DNA of 64,000 bases from an uncultured Gemmataceae bacterium. GTDB taxonomy: Bacteria > Planctomycetota > Planctomycetia > Gemmatales > Gemmataceae. Positions 52,559 to 62,664 of this stretch are shown here, in pieces (positions within the stretch are counted from its first letter, which is position 1; every line of letters begins with the position of its first letter). The translations under genes were made by a program, and so were the position numbers. The DNA lies in assembly GCA_963750165.1 (NCBI GenBank), contig CAVVPN010000003.1, positions 1,952,001-2,016,000 on the forward strand, in the 5' to 3' direction. The notes beneath the pieces are model-generated. The model did not search any database. It had not been told where the DNA came from and saw nothing but the letters and a program-made list of their open reading frames with translations.

Positions 52559-53335
52559 TCACGAAGATGGCGGCAGCGATGTCTTCTCCGTCCCAGGAGC
52601 TTGCAGGCGATGAAGCGTCTCGACAATCAACTCGGCAACCTGGGTGACAGACAGACGCATGGCGTTAAGGACGAGATCGTAATGCGAGGGATCGAGCGTG
52701 TCCTTGAAAAAATGGTCCCAGACGAAGTCTTTGCGCTCGCGGTCGATGGTCCGCACCTGCTGGGCTGCTTCACGTTCGGTAATGCCGCGCTGGCGGGCCA
52801 GCGCCGCGATGCGTTCGCGCGCTGAACCCACGAGGCGAACGCGCAAGGTCGTTGCGGCGGGCAGGATGAAGGCGGCGGCGCGACCAACGATCACGCATTC
52901 ACCGTGGACGCCGAGAGCGTGTACGGTCTCGATCAGCTCGTGAACGTAGGCGGCTTCGCTCGCCCAGGGGGACACACCGCCCGTCACGAGAGAAGCCAGG
53001 GAAGCCTCGATGGATTCGCGCAGCCAGCTCTGCTGGCGCTTATCCACGCTCTCCAGCAAGGCCGTCCGCAGGCCCATCGCCTGGGCGATCTGCTCGAGAA
53101 GTTCGTGATCGTAAACGTGCCAGCCCAACAGTCTGCCCACCTCTTTGGCGACCAAAGTGCCCTGCGTCCCCGCTTCGCGCGACAGGGTAATGGTGAAGGC
53201 ATGAGACGTCCGCGGCTGGACGTTCTGCTGCGCAGTGGTAGCCTGGCGCCGCGCCTCCCAGTGCCGGTAAGCCTTTTCGACCGGTTGCGACGAAGTGCTG
53301 TCGTGTGACAGTGCGGACGATCGGTCGTGGTTCAT
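52559..53335 (-). CDS. cytidylate kinase-like family protein
   Basis: ITLSREAGTQG, CVIVGRAA and YDLVLN motifs. Confidence 0.85.
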   Translation of the reverse strand: MNHDRSSALSHDSTSSQPVEKAYRHWEARRQATTAQQNVQPRTSHAFTITLSREAGTQGTLVAKEVGRLLGWHVYDHELLEQIAQAMGLRTALLESVDKRQQSWLRESIEASLASLVTGGVSPWASEAAYVHELIETVHALGVHGECVIVGRAAAFILPAATTLRVRLVGSARERIAALARQRGITEREAAQQVRTIDRERKDFVWDHFFKDTLDPSHYDLVLNAMRLSVTQVAELIVETLHRLQAPGTEKTSLPPSS

Positions 53336-53365
53336 GTCAACCTCCTGAGTCTTGCCGTTTCGTCG

Positions 53366-53668
53366 TTACCACCCGAACGTCACGCTTTGCAGTCCCAGAT
53401 AGGCGATGACCAGGTCCAGAGCGAGGGCGGCGACAGATACGAGCATCGCGACGATGGAGAGCCGGTAGTCCAGGGACCGCCGGCGCGCCATCGTGCAATC
53501 AACGAAACCGAGCACCAGCCCGGTAAGACCCCAAACGATTCCCAGGGGAACCCACCAATAGAACACCCCTCCAAGGACCCCAAAAACGAGCGAAGCGACA
53601 CTCAGACCGCGGAGGTTCTGTGTGGTTTTTTCGGCGGTCACCTTGTCGTCTTTGATTTCCGTGTTCAC
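53366..53668 (-). CDS. three-TM membrane protein
   Basis: AGGAG RBS, GTGA overlap with the upstream stop, hydrophobic helices. Confidence 0.65.
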   Translation of the reverse strand: MNTEIKDDKVTAEKTTQNLRGLSVASLVFGVLGGVFYWWVPLGIVWGLTGLVLGFVDCTMARRRSLDYRLSIVAMLVSVAALALDLVIAYLGLQSVTFGW

Positions 53669-54426
53669 GTTGTTCTCCTGGTTAGAGAAGCTTGCAGGCG
53701 ATGGAGCGCCTCGACAATTAGTTCGGCGCTTTCGGCGACGGACAGACGCGACGTATTGAGGACGAGATCGTAGTTCCGCGGATCGACCGGGGCCTTGCCA
53801 AAATGGTCCTGGACGAAGTCGGTCCGCTCTCGATCGATGTTCCGGACACGGCGTGCCGCGTCACGTTCGGTGATGCCGAGCTTCCGGCTCAGCGCCGCGA
53901 TACGCTCTCGCACCGGGCCCACAAGACGAACGCGTAGGGTCGTTGCGGGAGGTAGAATGAAGCCGGCGCCACGACCGACGATCACGCATTCGCCGTGGAT
54001 CCCAAGGGCAAGGACGGTTTCAACCAGTTGATGAAAGTAGGCACCCTCGCTTACCAGGGGACTCCATTCGCTCTTCAGAGGTGCCGACCTGAAGGCCTCG
54101 ACGGATTCCAGCAGCCGGCTCTGCGCTGGATCATCCACACTTTCCAGCAAGGCGGTTCGTAAACCCATTTCCTGGGCGATCCACTCCAGGAGTTCGTGAT
54201 CGTAGACGTGCCAGCCCAACAGGCTTCCCACCTCCCGTGCGACCGCAGTGCCTTGCGTCCCAAACTCGCGCGACAGCGCAACAGTGAAGGCGTGGCAAGC
54301 CGGGGATGAGAGGTCTCGTTGAACAGAGCCAGGCTGCCTCAGTGCCTCCCAGTGCCGGCGGGCGTTTTCTGCCATCTGCGACAAAGAGCTTTCGCGGGTG
54401 TGCGCTGCGGGACTTTCGTGATTCAT
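53665..54426 (-). CDS. cytidylate kinase-like family protein (paralog)
   Basis: VALSREFGTQG, CVIVGRGA and YDLVLNT motifs. Confidence 0.85.
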   Translation of the reverse strand: MNHESPAAHTRESSLSQMAENARRHWEALRQPGSVQRDLSSPACHAFTVALSREFGTQGTAVAREVGSLLGWHVYDHELLEWIAQEMGLRTALLESVDDPAQSRLLESVEAFRSAPLKSEWSPLVSEGAYFHQLVETVLALGIHGECVIVGRGAGFILPPATTLRVRLVGPVRERIAALSRKLGITERDAARRVRNIDRERTDFVQDHFGKAPVDPRNYDLVLNTSRLSVAESAELIVEALHRLQASLTRRTT

Positions 54427-54458
54427 GGCAACCTCTTGGCTCATACTGTCGATCACTG

Positions 54459-54662
54459 TCAAGATCGGCTAAGTTTGGCAATCACCTTTTCGATGATTGC
54501 CTCCTGGTGAAGGACATACTTCCTGTAGTCAGCGTGATCGGTGCGGTGCTCCTCGACGAGCGTGTTTCGACGCCTTTGCTGGAGCCAGTTCAGCAATTCC
54601 GCGCGTTCCCCCTCAGTCAGGGTCAGAGTAAACTCGGTGGACAGATCATTGAGTGTTGACAT
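54459..54662 (-). CDS. small helical hypothetical protein
   Basis: GGAGG RBS; LTLTEGERAELL...VEEHRTD...YRK. Confidence 0.65.
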   Translation of the reverse strand: MSTLNDLSTEFTLTLTEGERAELLNWLQQRRRNTLVEEHRTDHADYRKYVLHQEAIIEKVIAKLSRS

Positions 54663-54741
54663 CAGTAACCTCCGACAGATGGGTACCCTAAACTGATGTC
54701 CCTCACGCAGAGAGACCTCAAGCAACACGCATGCAGAGGCA

Positions 54742-55796
54742 TTACGGCCGATTGAGGTGGTGTTCCCGATACCATCGGGACGGGTCCGCCTTCAACGCCG
54801 CTACCATGTTCGGGAGCGTTTCACGCAGCGACCGCCTGGGCACCCACCCGAGCAGCTTTGCGCCCGGCTTATGTCGAGCGCGTAATGGTCCTCCGCCCGG
54901 TCAATCATCCAAGGGCGTAGAAACGGATCGTTATGTTTCAGAAGCATCGTCTCCGCCCACATCCCTGCCCTGGCAAGCACCTTGGGGACGCCATAAGTCG
55001 CCCATTCGTGTCCATGAATGAGGATTCCGAGATCGTGCTGGATTTCCCTGTAGCTGAGCGTCTCCGGCTCACCAATCAGCAGCGTCAACTCAGGCGGCAA
55101 TTCTGTCCGGCGCTCGATAAGCCGGCGGAACACATCGACAAGATCATCGAGGTGGATGAACGCCTGGCCGTGTGACGCGTGGCCCGGAAAGACATGACCG
55201 TGGAGCTGGTGCTCGTAGATGCGCTGGATCTGATGAGCAAGCGGAAGCGAATGGCAATAGTCGTCGTACACGCCGGCCACGCGCAACAGAACAACGGGGG
55301 TGTCTCCATGATGCTTCCGAATGGTGTTCTCCGTCTTCAAGCACGAGCGCGGATGCTCCCACTGGGGCTTCAGGGGTGAATCCTCGTTAATGCGTTCGCC
55401 AGGCTGGCACGGGGCGTAGACGAGCATGGTGCTGGAGTAAATGATCTGCTCAACCATCACGCGCCGCAATTCGGCCAGAAACCGAGCGGTCCCCTCGATG
55501 TTGATCTCTTCATAGCGAGGGCTTTCCTCCCCTGAAAAGTCATAATAAGCTGCCAGGTGAATCACCGACGCGATCGGCGCGTGGTGGCTCTCGCGGAGGT
55601 ATTTGACCGCAAGCTGGATATTCTCCTTGCAACCGAGATTCAGGTACACTTCTTCGGTTCCACCCGGGCGCTGGAGCAGAGGTTGATCGACGTCACAACC
55701 TACCACGTCAAAGCGCATGGAAAGTTGATTCGTGAGCGTGGAACCAATCAGCCCGTTGCTCCCTGTGACCAACACAACTTCTCGTATAGAACTCAT
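54742..55796 (-). CDS. NAD-dependent epimerase/dehydratase, frameshift at ~54858
   Basis: VTGSNGLIG and HLAAYYDF motifs; C-terminus KLLGWVPRRSLRETLP in another frame; YxxxK appears degenerate (HPRSC). Confidence 0.8.
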
Positions 55797-55862
55797 GAAA
55801 AGCCCTTTCATCCAGGGACTACTCCCTCCGGTCCCGCAGCCAGCTGGCTCTCATTTCTAGAC

Positions 55863-56381
55863 CTATGCAGGCATATTCGCCGTCCTGGCGTTGTCCATCG
55901 ACTCCTGGTGCTCGCGGTTGGGGAGTGCCTCACGCTTGCCAAGCACCTCGATGGCGAGGGGAATGGTGCTGAGCGCTCCCACCACGGCAAGAGCCCAGCC
56001 TGCGGCCCTCCGCTGACTGTCGGTCAGCCTGCCGGCCAGCAGGAGGCCGAGCCCCGCACCGAGCACCACGCGGGTGCCGGCCAGCAGGGCCAGTTCGGGC
56101 AGCGTCACTCTTCGCTCTTGCATGTTGAATCCCTCCGAATGAGATGGGAACAAGTCCTGCTCACGCTGTGATGAGTCTTCCACATGGGCTGGAGGTCCCA
56201 GCCCCTTGACAGACGACCAGGCCGGAGCATCGCTGGCCGGGAACGACTCCTCGGAAGCCTCCTGCACCGGGTCATGGACCGTCGGCGACCCGCTTCTCTC
56301 TGTTCCGCCCGGTGCTCCAACCGCCGACGCGTCCGAGAGACGGTCGGCCGTTGGAGTCAGATCCGATTCACGCGCGCCCAT
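55863..56381 (-). CDS. membrane protein, with upstream in-frame EASEESFPASD-motif segment
   Basis: Internal GGAGG RBS and ATG at 56123 (MQERRVTLPELALLAGTR); upstream part carries VQEASEESFPASDAPAW. Confidence 0.6.
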   Translation of the reverse strand: MGARESDLTPTADRLSDASAVGAPGGTERSGSPTVHDPVQEASEESFPASDAPAWSSVKGLGPPAHVEDSSQREQDLFPSHSEGFNMQERRVTLPELALLAGTRVVLGAGLGLLLAGRLTDSQRRAAGWALAVVGALSTIPLAIEVLGKREALPNREHQESMDNARTANMPA

Positions 56382-56594
56382 TCTGCATCTCCGCAGCGAT
56401 CGGTTTTTTTCACCCGTCGGACGTTGTCACTGGTTACTGAAGTGCAACTCTCGTGCCGCCTCGTGCTCTGCTCACGTCGTCTCCATATCGTTCGTCCGGA
56501 TTGGCGCAGGGCCATTTTTCAGAAGCAGCCCTTCTCGATTTCCTCGGCGACGAGTTGCTTGATGCAAGCCACACCGGCACACTCCTTGCCCGAG

Positions 56595-56777
56595 TCAATA
56601 GTGGCAGGGGACCGAAGCAATGGCCGAGATCACCTCCTCGTCCGAGACATCGTCCGCTGTGCCCGTGAAGGACGTGTCCTTCCGATCCATGACGATGGCC
56701 TGCCCAGAGCAGGCATTCCCCCGCAATGCCTCGATCAGTTGCCCGCGCTCCGTCTCACTCAACGGTCTGTGGTCCAT
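56595..56777 (-). CDS. small hypothetical protein (may extend to 56519 across a frameshift)
   Basis: AAGGAG RBS before MDHRPLSETER. Confidence 0.45.
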   Translation of the reverse strand: MDHRPLSETERGQLIEALRGNACSGQAIVMDRKDTSFTGTADDVSDEEVISAIASVPCHY

Positions 56778-57488
56778 GATTCCTCTCCTTTGGAAGTTGT
56801 CCAGCCTGGGAGGGGGAAGCACGATTCGCACCGCGCGATCTACCACTCACCCTGCCATTGCTGGGAATCACTCATTTGCCTTCCAGCAGCTCCTTCTGCG
56901 CCTCCTGTTCACGTCACCTCGATAACAGGGCGTTCGCACAGGGCCAACCACCTTGCCGGGCCTCGAACCCGGACCATCGACCGATGGCATATCCCCAAAC
57001 GGACAAGGCAGAGAGTCGTTTTGCTTCAGGCACGACACAGCCTGTTTGACCTCGCGTTGACTTCAACCGCCAGCCCGCACTGTCGCTGCGGGTCTGGGAG
57101 ACGTGCAGACTATCTTCCCGTCTGCAAGGGGTCGGTAGACCTGTCTGTCTGCCCGGACATGCCCTTGCCCGGAACTGGCGGCAAACAGTACGTTCGCGTG
57201 TCACCCCCCGATCTACTTGGAGGAGCACCCATCCCCGAGAGGCAGCACGCTGCGTGCGTGCATTCCCCACATAGGGATTCCGGCGTCTCAGCCGGATGCT
57301 AGATTGTCGGCCATCAGCAGACGAGCATTCGCCGGCCCGCGTGCGTGTGTCAGTTTGTGTCGCGTTCTCCCTTCGAGTTTGCCGTGATCGGTGTCGAATT
57401 CGCGCCGTCACGCGAGCGCGAACGCGATGTCAGTCCGCACGCTGTTGACGCCCAGGCGTGCCAAGCGGAGTATCTCCGTGGCTTCCCG

Positions 57489-58025
57489 TTACACGCCAAC
57501 GGCGGCCGGTTCGGCATGGACCGTTGTCGTCTTCGCTCGACTCTGATGCAGGAGGCCTCTGGCCCTCTCCACCTCGTCGGCCGTTCCGTGGGCGATCAGG
57601 AGGAGCTTGCCGCTCTTCACCTCGGTCTCGTACTGCACGATGCTCTTCTTCGGAATTCCGATGCTGTACAATCCGGCGCCGAGGGCGCTGACCCCTCCCA
57701 CCAAGGCAGCCTCTTCGAGCGCGCCGACGATCCACATGACGAGCGGCCCCGCGACGAGCACCTGGCCAATGCCCGGCACCCAGAAGAACGCGGAGCCGAA
57801 CAGTAGCCCCCAGAAACCACCCCAAAAGGCTCCCAGCTTGCCCCAGTACAGCATGCGATCGCCGGTGGTGTAGTAGCCGACGACGTGCTCGTCCGTGTGG
57901 TAATCCTTGCCGACGATCGACAGCTTCTTCATGTCGAAGCCGTCCTTCTGAAGCTCGCGGATGGCGTCTTCAGCCCTGTCGTGCGATTCAAAGACGGCGA
58001 CGACGGAATTCGTGTTGGACATCAT
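57489..58025 (-). CDS. DUF1269-like general stress membrane protein (copy 2)
   Basis: Same length as and highly similar to 44054-44590. Confidence 0.85.
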   Translation of the reverse strand: MMSNTNSVVAVFESHDRAEDAIRELQKDGFDMKKLSIVGKDYHTDEHVVGYYTTGDRMLYWGKLGAFWGGFWGLLFGSAFFWVPGIGQVLVAGPLVMWIVGALEEAALVGGVSALGAGLYSIGIPKKSIVQYETEVKSGKLLLIAHGTADEVERARGLLHQSRAKTTTVHAEPAAVGV

Positions 58026-58178
58026 CTGGTTCCTTACCTTTCGTTGCAGAGTTACGTGGATCCTCAAACAGAAGCACTGTGCTCCTGTTTCCCTTTCGGT
58101 TCATCCCTCGCAAGCGCGCCTCTCCCTCAGCTGACCGAGAATGCGGAGGCGAGTCGGCCGGCCTCAGTACGTCGCGAA

Positions 58179-58532
58179 CTAGAACGCGGCCATGTACTGC
58201 CCGCCGTAGCGGTGGAGGATGTCCATCGCCTCGGGGTAGCGGTCCCCCGCACGGACCATCACCAGCGTGCGGCCTTCCTGGAGGGCCTCCTCGTAGTAGC
58301 GGACCTCGTCATCGGGGATTTCCACTCCGATCAGCGAGCGAAACATCGCGCCAGCCCACAACGCGGTCGGCGCGGCCCCCGCCGTCCCCGCGACGGGGGC
58401 CACGGCGTCGGGAAGCACGATACCGACCTGGTCCGACCCGAACGCCGCCCCTAGCAGGCCGCTGACCGCCTGCTCGGCCTCGGCCCGTGACGGGAACGCC
58501 CCGATCGTCGTTGACCGTATGGCAATGACCAT
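58179..58532 (-). CDS. short general stress protein (YflT-like)
   Basis: IGAFPSRAEAEQAV..F..DQV..IPDDEVRYYE..GRTLV; shorter paralog of 42214-42780. Confidence 0.75.
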   Translation of the reverse strand: MVIAIRSTTIGAFPSRAEAEQAVSGLLGAAFGSDQVGIVLPDAVAPVAGTAGAAPTALWAGAMFRSLIGVEIPDDEVRYYEEALQEGRTLVMVRAGDRYPEAMDILHRYGGQYMAAF

Positions 58533-58599
58533 GATTCTCCTCCAATCTGCACTCCTCGTTGTCCTCGCCATTCTCCGTCCGAGAAACGGGAAGGATCTT

Positions 58600-59048
58600 T
58601 CAGCTTCGCTCAGCCAAGGCACCTTCGGCTTGCCCTTTGGGGTCCTTCCTGTGCCCGATGAACAGCCAGATAGCCCAGGCGATCCCACCTACCAATCCAC
58701 CGGCGAATTGGCCGCCGATTTGACCGACATCTCCCCAGGGGAGCTGTCCGGCAACACCACCGGCGGAGGCGCCGGCGAACATCGCCATCAGAAGCACCAA
58801 GAAGCGCGGGTTCTTTATCAAGCCCAGGAGCGCCCCGCCAGTACTCCCACCGCGCCTCCGACCGGTAACGCAATAGTAAACTCCCCTACCGCGACGCCTC
58901 GGACGCGCCAAATGCTCTCCATGATCTTGATCCCGGCGGCTCCACCGAGGAGCATCCAGAAAACCATCATGAGTACGGGCGCCAAGACCGGAGGAATGGG
59001 CGCGGTTGACGTCGCGGCATCCGTAACCGCTTGCTGCGTGTCTTGCAT
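58600..59048 (-). CDS. Gly-rich multi-TM protein, frameshift at ~58835
   Basis: ...GGAVGVLAG / ALLGLIKNPRFL joins across a G-run. Confidence 0.6.
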
Positions 59049-59198
59049 GAAGGAAATCCCTCCACGAGCCTTGGGGCAAGGCGACTCCCAACTCGCCCGG
59101 TCCGACGCCGGAGCCTCTGCCCGGCGTCTCATTGTTTTTCCCCTTCGCCGACGGGCGGGGGGAGTGTTCCTTCACCCCCCACTCTCATTGCCTGACGA

Positions 59199-59780
59199 CT
59201 ACTTGCGGACCGGCTTCTTTGCGGAAGCCGACTCGTCTTTCTTCTTTATCTTGGTGATCTTGCCCTCGCGCTCGACGACCAGCACCAGGTCACCCGAAGT
59301 GAAGAGATCGACGGTCGCCACCCTGCCCGTGCTGTCCATGTACTCGATGTCCTCGGCGAGCTTGAAGGTCTTCTCGACCTCCTTGCCCTCGTACTGCATC
59401 TTGACGGTCACGGTGCCCGTCTTGGCATCCACCCTGATGATCTTGGCTTCGTTGGCTTCCTTCTTCATCTTGGTGATCTCGCCTGCGTGCTCGTTGATCA
59501 GCACCAGGTCACCCGCAGTGAAGATGCCGGCGGTCGCCACCTTGCCCGTGCTGTCCGAGTACTCGATGTCCGCGGCGAGCTTGAACGTCTTCTCGACCTC
59601 CTTGCCCTTGCTCTGCATCTTGACCGTCACGGTGCCCTTCTTGGCATCCATCTTGGTGATCTGGGCTTCCTTGGCATCCTTGCCGGTGTCGTCCTTGCTA
59701 ACGCTCTTCACCTTGTCAGCAACCACGAAGCACGCGCACGCGCCCAGAATCACCACGGAACACAGCATCGAACGGAACAT
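59199..59780 (-). CDS. exported protein with two ~60 aa tandem repeats
   Basis: Signal peptide; EAxI..D.K.GTVTVKMQ..GKEVEKTFKLA.DIEY.DSTG occurs twice. Confidence 0.75.
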   Translation of the reverse strand: MFRSMLCSVVILGACACFVVADKVKSVSKDDTGKDAKEAQITKMDAKKGTVTVKMQSKGKEVEKTFKLAADIEYSDSTGKVATAGIFTAGDLVLINEHAGEITKMKKEANEAKIIRVDAKTGTVTVKMQYEGKEVEKTFKLAEDIEYMDSTGRVATVDLFTSGDLVLVVEREGKITKIKKKDESASAKKPVRK

Positions 59781-59883
59781 GAAACATTCTCCTTTGCTGC
59801 TCCATGCAGCTATCAGATTCCGGCCAAGTAACGCACTCGGCCGCTGAATCTCACAACACATCAGACCAACTTGTCGCTCTCGC

Positions 59884-59922
59884 ATTACGCGCCGGGCATG
59901 AGCATGCTACCGGCCGTTTCCT
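59884..59922 (-). promoter_or_regulatory. 39 bp upstream motif shared with 45181-45219
   Basis: AGGAAACGGCCGGTAGCATGCTCATGCCCGGCGCGTAAT. Confidence 0.6.
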
Positions 59923-60012
59923 CCCACCGCCGCGGGTGTTGCTTCGATGCCGTTGGGCTTCTCTGATTGGGCCGGCTCCCTCACGCCCGGGGATGCCGGC
60001 TCGGGTCGCCCA

Positions 60013-60795
60013 TCAGCCTGGGCACCCGCGGTGCCGGCCGGGCTTGAGGAACGCCCCCAACAATTCGAGCGGCAACGGGAAGATGATGGTGGAATTCTGA
60101 TCCGAGGCCACGTCGGCGAGGGCCTGGAGATAGCGCATCTGCATCGCCATCGGATAGGGCGTCATGATCTCGGCGGCTTGCCGGAGCTTGTCCGCGGCCT
60201 GGAACTCCCCCTGCGCGTTGATCACCTTCGCGCGCCGCAATCGTTCAGCTTCCGCCTGAGCGGCCATGGACCGCTTCATCGGCTCGGGAAGGTCCACGTC
60301 CTTGACTTCCACGACGGAGACTTTCACACCCCACGGCTCGGTGTGCCCATCGATGATCTCTTGCAAGCGGCGGTTCACTTTATCCCGCTCCGTCAAGAGG
60401 TCATCGAGTTCCGCCTGACCCAGCGTGCTGCGCAAGGTCGTCAAGGCCACCTGCGCGGTGGCGTACAGGGAATTCTCCACCTCCAACACGGACCGCATCG
60501 GATCCACGATCCGGAAATAAAGCACGGCATTGACACGGACCGAGACGTTGTCCTTGGTGATGATGTCCTGGGGCTCGATGACCTTCGTCACCGTTCGTAA
60601 GCCAACGCGCATCATCGTGTCAACCGGCCAGAAGACCATGATCAGCCCCGGTCCCTTGGGTTTGGGCATGGCCCGGCCCAGGCGGAAGATAACACCCCGC
60701 TCGTATTCGTTCAGAACACGGATGCAGGTCAACAGGTAGAGGGCGAACAGTGCCAAGGCGATCCCCAGACCGATTGCCGTTTCGATCATCCACAT
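60013..60795 (-). CDS. SPFH/band 7 (stomatin-like) protein
   Basis: EYERGVIFRLGR, QDIITKDNV and QAEAER..RAKVI motifs. Confidence 0.93.
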   Translation of the reverse strand: MWMIETAIGLGIALALFALYLLTCIRVLNEYERGVIFRLGRAMPKPKGPGLIMVFWPVDTMMRVGLRTVTKVIEPQDIITKDNVSVRVNAVLYFRIVDPMRSVLEVENSLYATAQVALTTLRSTLGQAELDDLLTERDKVNRRLQEIIDGHTEPWGVKVSVVEVKDVDLPEPMKRSMAAQAEAERLRRAKVINAQGEFQAADKLRQAAEIMTPYPMAMQMRYLQALADVASDQNSTIIFPLPLELLGAFLKPGRHRGCPG

Positions 60796-60858
60796 GACTG
60801 AACCTCCCAAGGTGGTTTTCCGGAAAGGTGGTTCGCCTCGCCGAATCTCAATCTCTCG

Positions 60859-61071
60859 TCACTTGTTGTTGTCGAGCATCTTCTGTGCCGCGACGCCGTA
60901 GGAAACACCGAACGGCACATGGAGCCTTCCGTGCTGGCAATAGCCCGCGGGCAACTCGTCGGTGCAGGAGCGCAGTTCCTTCAACTTGGCGACGGCCTCG
61001 TCGTCCATTTGCCCGTTGTCGCCGTCGAGCCACTCGAGAAACCATTGGCGAAGTTCGGAGCTGGCGTGCAT
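60859..61071 (-). CDS. small hypothetical protein
   Basis: AAAGGG before MHASSELRQWFLEWL...CTDELP..YC. Confidence 0.5.
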   Translation of the reverse strand: MHASSELRQWFLEWLDGDNGQMDDEAVAKLKELRSCTDELPAGYCQHGRLHVPFGVSYGVAAQKMLDNNK

Positions 61072-61148
61072 TGTGGTGCCCCTTTCTGCTGTGGTAAGAG
61101 AACCAGGTAACCTCAGGGATCCATCCGTATCGCCCCCCCGGCTCCGAT

Positions 61149-61979
61149 TCACGTCAAGTACGTTCCCGCGTGCTGTTGTTGACCACGGTAGCCGAAATTC
61201 TCCAACACCTCCGAATGTGCGGGTAAGCGCACGACGAACTCGCTGCCGCGGCCCAGTCCCGCGCTATACGCGCTCGCGCTGCCGCCGTGCATCTCCGCCA
61301 GCTTGCGAACCAGCGCCAGGCCGATGCCCAGTCCGCCCTGCGAATGATCGAACGTGCGCTCCACCTGCCAAAAGGGATCGAAAATATGCGGGAGCATCTC
61401 CGGATGGATACCGATCCCGCTATCCCGGACCCGCAACACAACATCGGCGCCCTGCACCTCCGCCGTCACCCAGATGCGGCCGCCTGTCGCCATGTACTTG
61501 GCTGCATTGTTCAAGAGGTTCGTGAGCACCTGCTCCAAGCGGACGGGATCCGCATCAAAGACCACGGACTCCGCCGGCAGGGTAACTTCAATCTTGTGGC
61601 CGCGCCCTTCGGCGGACGCGCGTATCGTCTCGACCGCTCGGGTCACGGTTTGGGCCAGATCCAGCGGCTGTCTGCGCAACTGGATCTTGCCGTGTTCGAT
61701 ACGGGAAACCTCCAGCATGTCTTCGACCAGGCGGCCGATGGATTGCGTTTGCCGTTCCATCAAGCTCCGGACCCATTCCCGCGTAGCCGTATCGTCCCCC
61801 TGCTGTTCGAGGATGCGCAGGGCGTTACGGATCGCGGTCAAAGGGCTGCTCAACTCGTGTCCCAGTAAGGCCAGGAACTCGTGCATGTGCCGGTTGGCTT
61901 CGCGGAGTTCTCCGTCGGACCGAGCATCCCCTTTCGCTTCTTGAGTTCGTTCACGTCTCCTCATAACTGGGCTCGCCAT
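61149..61979 (-). CDS. histidine kinase (HisKA + HATPase only)
   Basis: LGHELSSPL H-box, NLLNNAAKY N-box, DSGIG and GLGIGL boxes. Confidence 0.9.
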   Translation of the reverse strand: MASPVMRRRERTQEAKGDARSDGELREANRHMHEFLALLGHELSSPLTAIRNALRILEQQGDDTATREWVRSLMERQTQSIGRLVEDMLEVSRIEHGKIQLRRQPLDLAQTVTRAVETIRASAEGRGHKIEVTLPAESVVFDADPVRLEQVLTNLLNNAAKYMATGGRIWVTAEVQGADVVLRVRDSGIGIHPEMLPHIFDPFWQVERTFDHSQGGLGIGLALVRKLAEMHGGSASAYSAGLGRGSEFVVRLPAHSEVLENFGYRGQQQHAGTYLT

Positions 61980-62168
61980 TGAAGACTCCTTTCCAAAGAG
62001 ATGCCCCTTCTCGTTCCAGCCCCGATTCGTCTCGTCTCTTTTTTCGCGTCCCGTTTCCGGATCCTTTTACGCCCGCCGTTGTCCGTCTCGATGGCCGCCG
62101 GCCAAGCCGCCGTTGTGCCTCTCCGCGTCGGCACGTCCTGGTTCTCGCACTTGCCCCGCGAGTGGGCT

Positions 62169-62420
62169 TCAGTCCAATCTCGCGAGATAGATCGAGATCA
62201 AGCGACGAAGCAATTCTCCCGTTGTCAGACCCACATGCGAAGCCGCCATTTCCAGTTCCATCAGCTGCCAGCTGGGCAAGAGCAAATCTAACTCCTTGAA
62301 AGATTCTTCTTCTTGCCCGTACGAGGTTCCGTTGGTAAGCCCGCGGCCCGTGCGCCGCAGTTCAAAAGCACGCACCGATTGGGCGTTCCGGTGGACCATG
62401 GCAGCATCCGATTCATCCAT
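62169..62420 (-). CDS. small protein with RHH-like C-terminus
   Basis: ELDLLLPSWQLMELEMAASHVGLTTGELLRRLI; start uncertain. Confidence 0.55.
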   Translation of the reverse strand: MDESDAAMVHRNAQSVRAFELRRTGRGLTNGTSYGQEEESFKELDLLLPSWQLMELEMAASHVGLTTGELLRRLISIYLARLD

Positions 62421-62466
62421 GGGATTCGTCCAAGTGCTTTGTGGCCTTGCCGCGCCATCGCGAGCG

Positions 62467-62518
62467 AAAAAAAAGCCGGCGTGGACGAAGACCCTGAGGT
62501 ATTCGTCCACGCCGGCTT
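62467..62518 (-). terminator. intrinsic terminator of leader copy 2
   Basis: Same 17 bp stem as copy 1, different 12 nt loop, T8 tract. Confidence 0.9.
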
Positions 62519-62630
62519 ACTCGTCTAACGGGCCCCCCCTGGCACGGCAGGGTTGCCCTCTAGTTAGTCTTCCGACGACTTCAAATGAAGTCTATAGCGG
62601 AGCCGGTTGAAAGTTCACCAAGGCTCCCAA
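62467..62630 (-). ncRNA. candidate cis-regulatory leader RNA/riboswitch (copy 2)
   Basis: Near-identical to copy 1; differences fall mainly in predicted loops. Confidence 0.65.
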
Positions 62631-62636
62631 TTTTTC

Positions 62637-62664
62637 AGTGTACGCCTCTGACCAGGGAATGCAA
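62637..62664 (-). promoter_or_regulatory. sigma70-type promoter of leader copy 2
   Basis: TTGCAT-N16-TACACT. Confidence 0.7.

Noticed and set aside
56800..57470. Hidden gene or ncRNA in a long intergenic stretch
   Set aside because: No recognisable motif, RBS-led ORF or convincing structure found by eye; left unassigned.
59240..59670. DNA direct repeat as a mobile or regulatory element
   Set aside because: Fully explained by an in-frame domain duplication within one exported protein.
62421..62510. Longer start for the RHH-like ORF, and ORFs 62296-62610 and 44975-45349
   Set aside because: They run through the terminator and leader; the shared SSTPAYSSNGPP peptide is only a translation of the conserved non-coding element.
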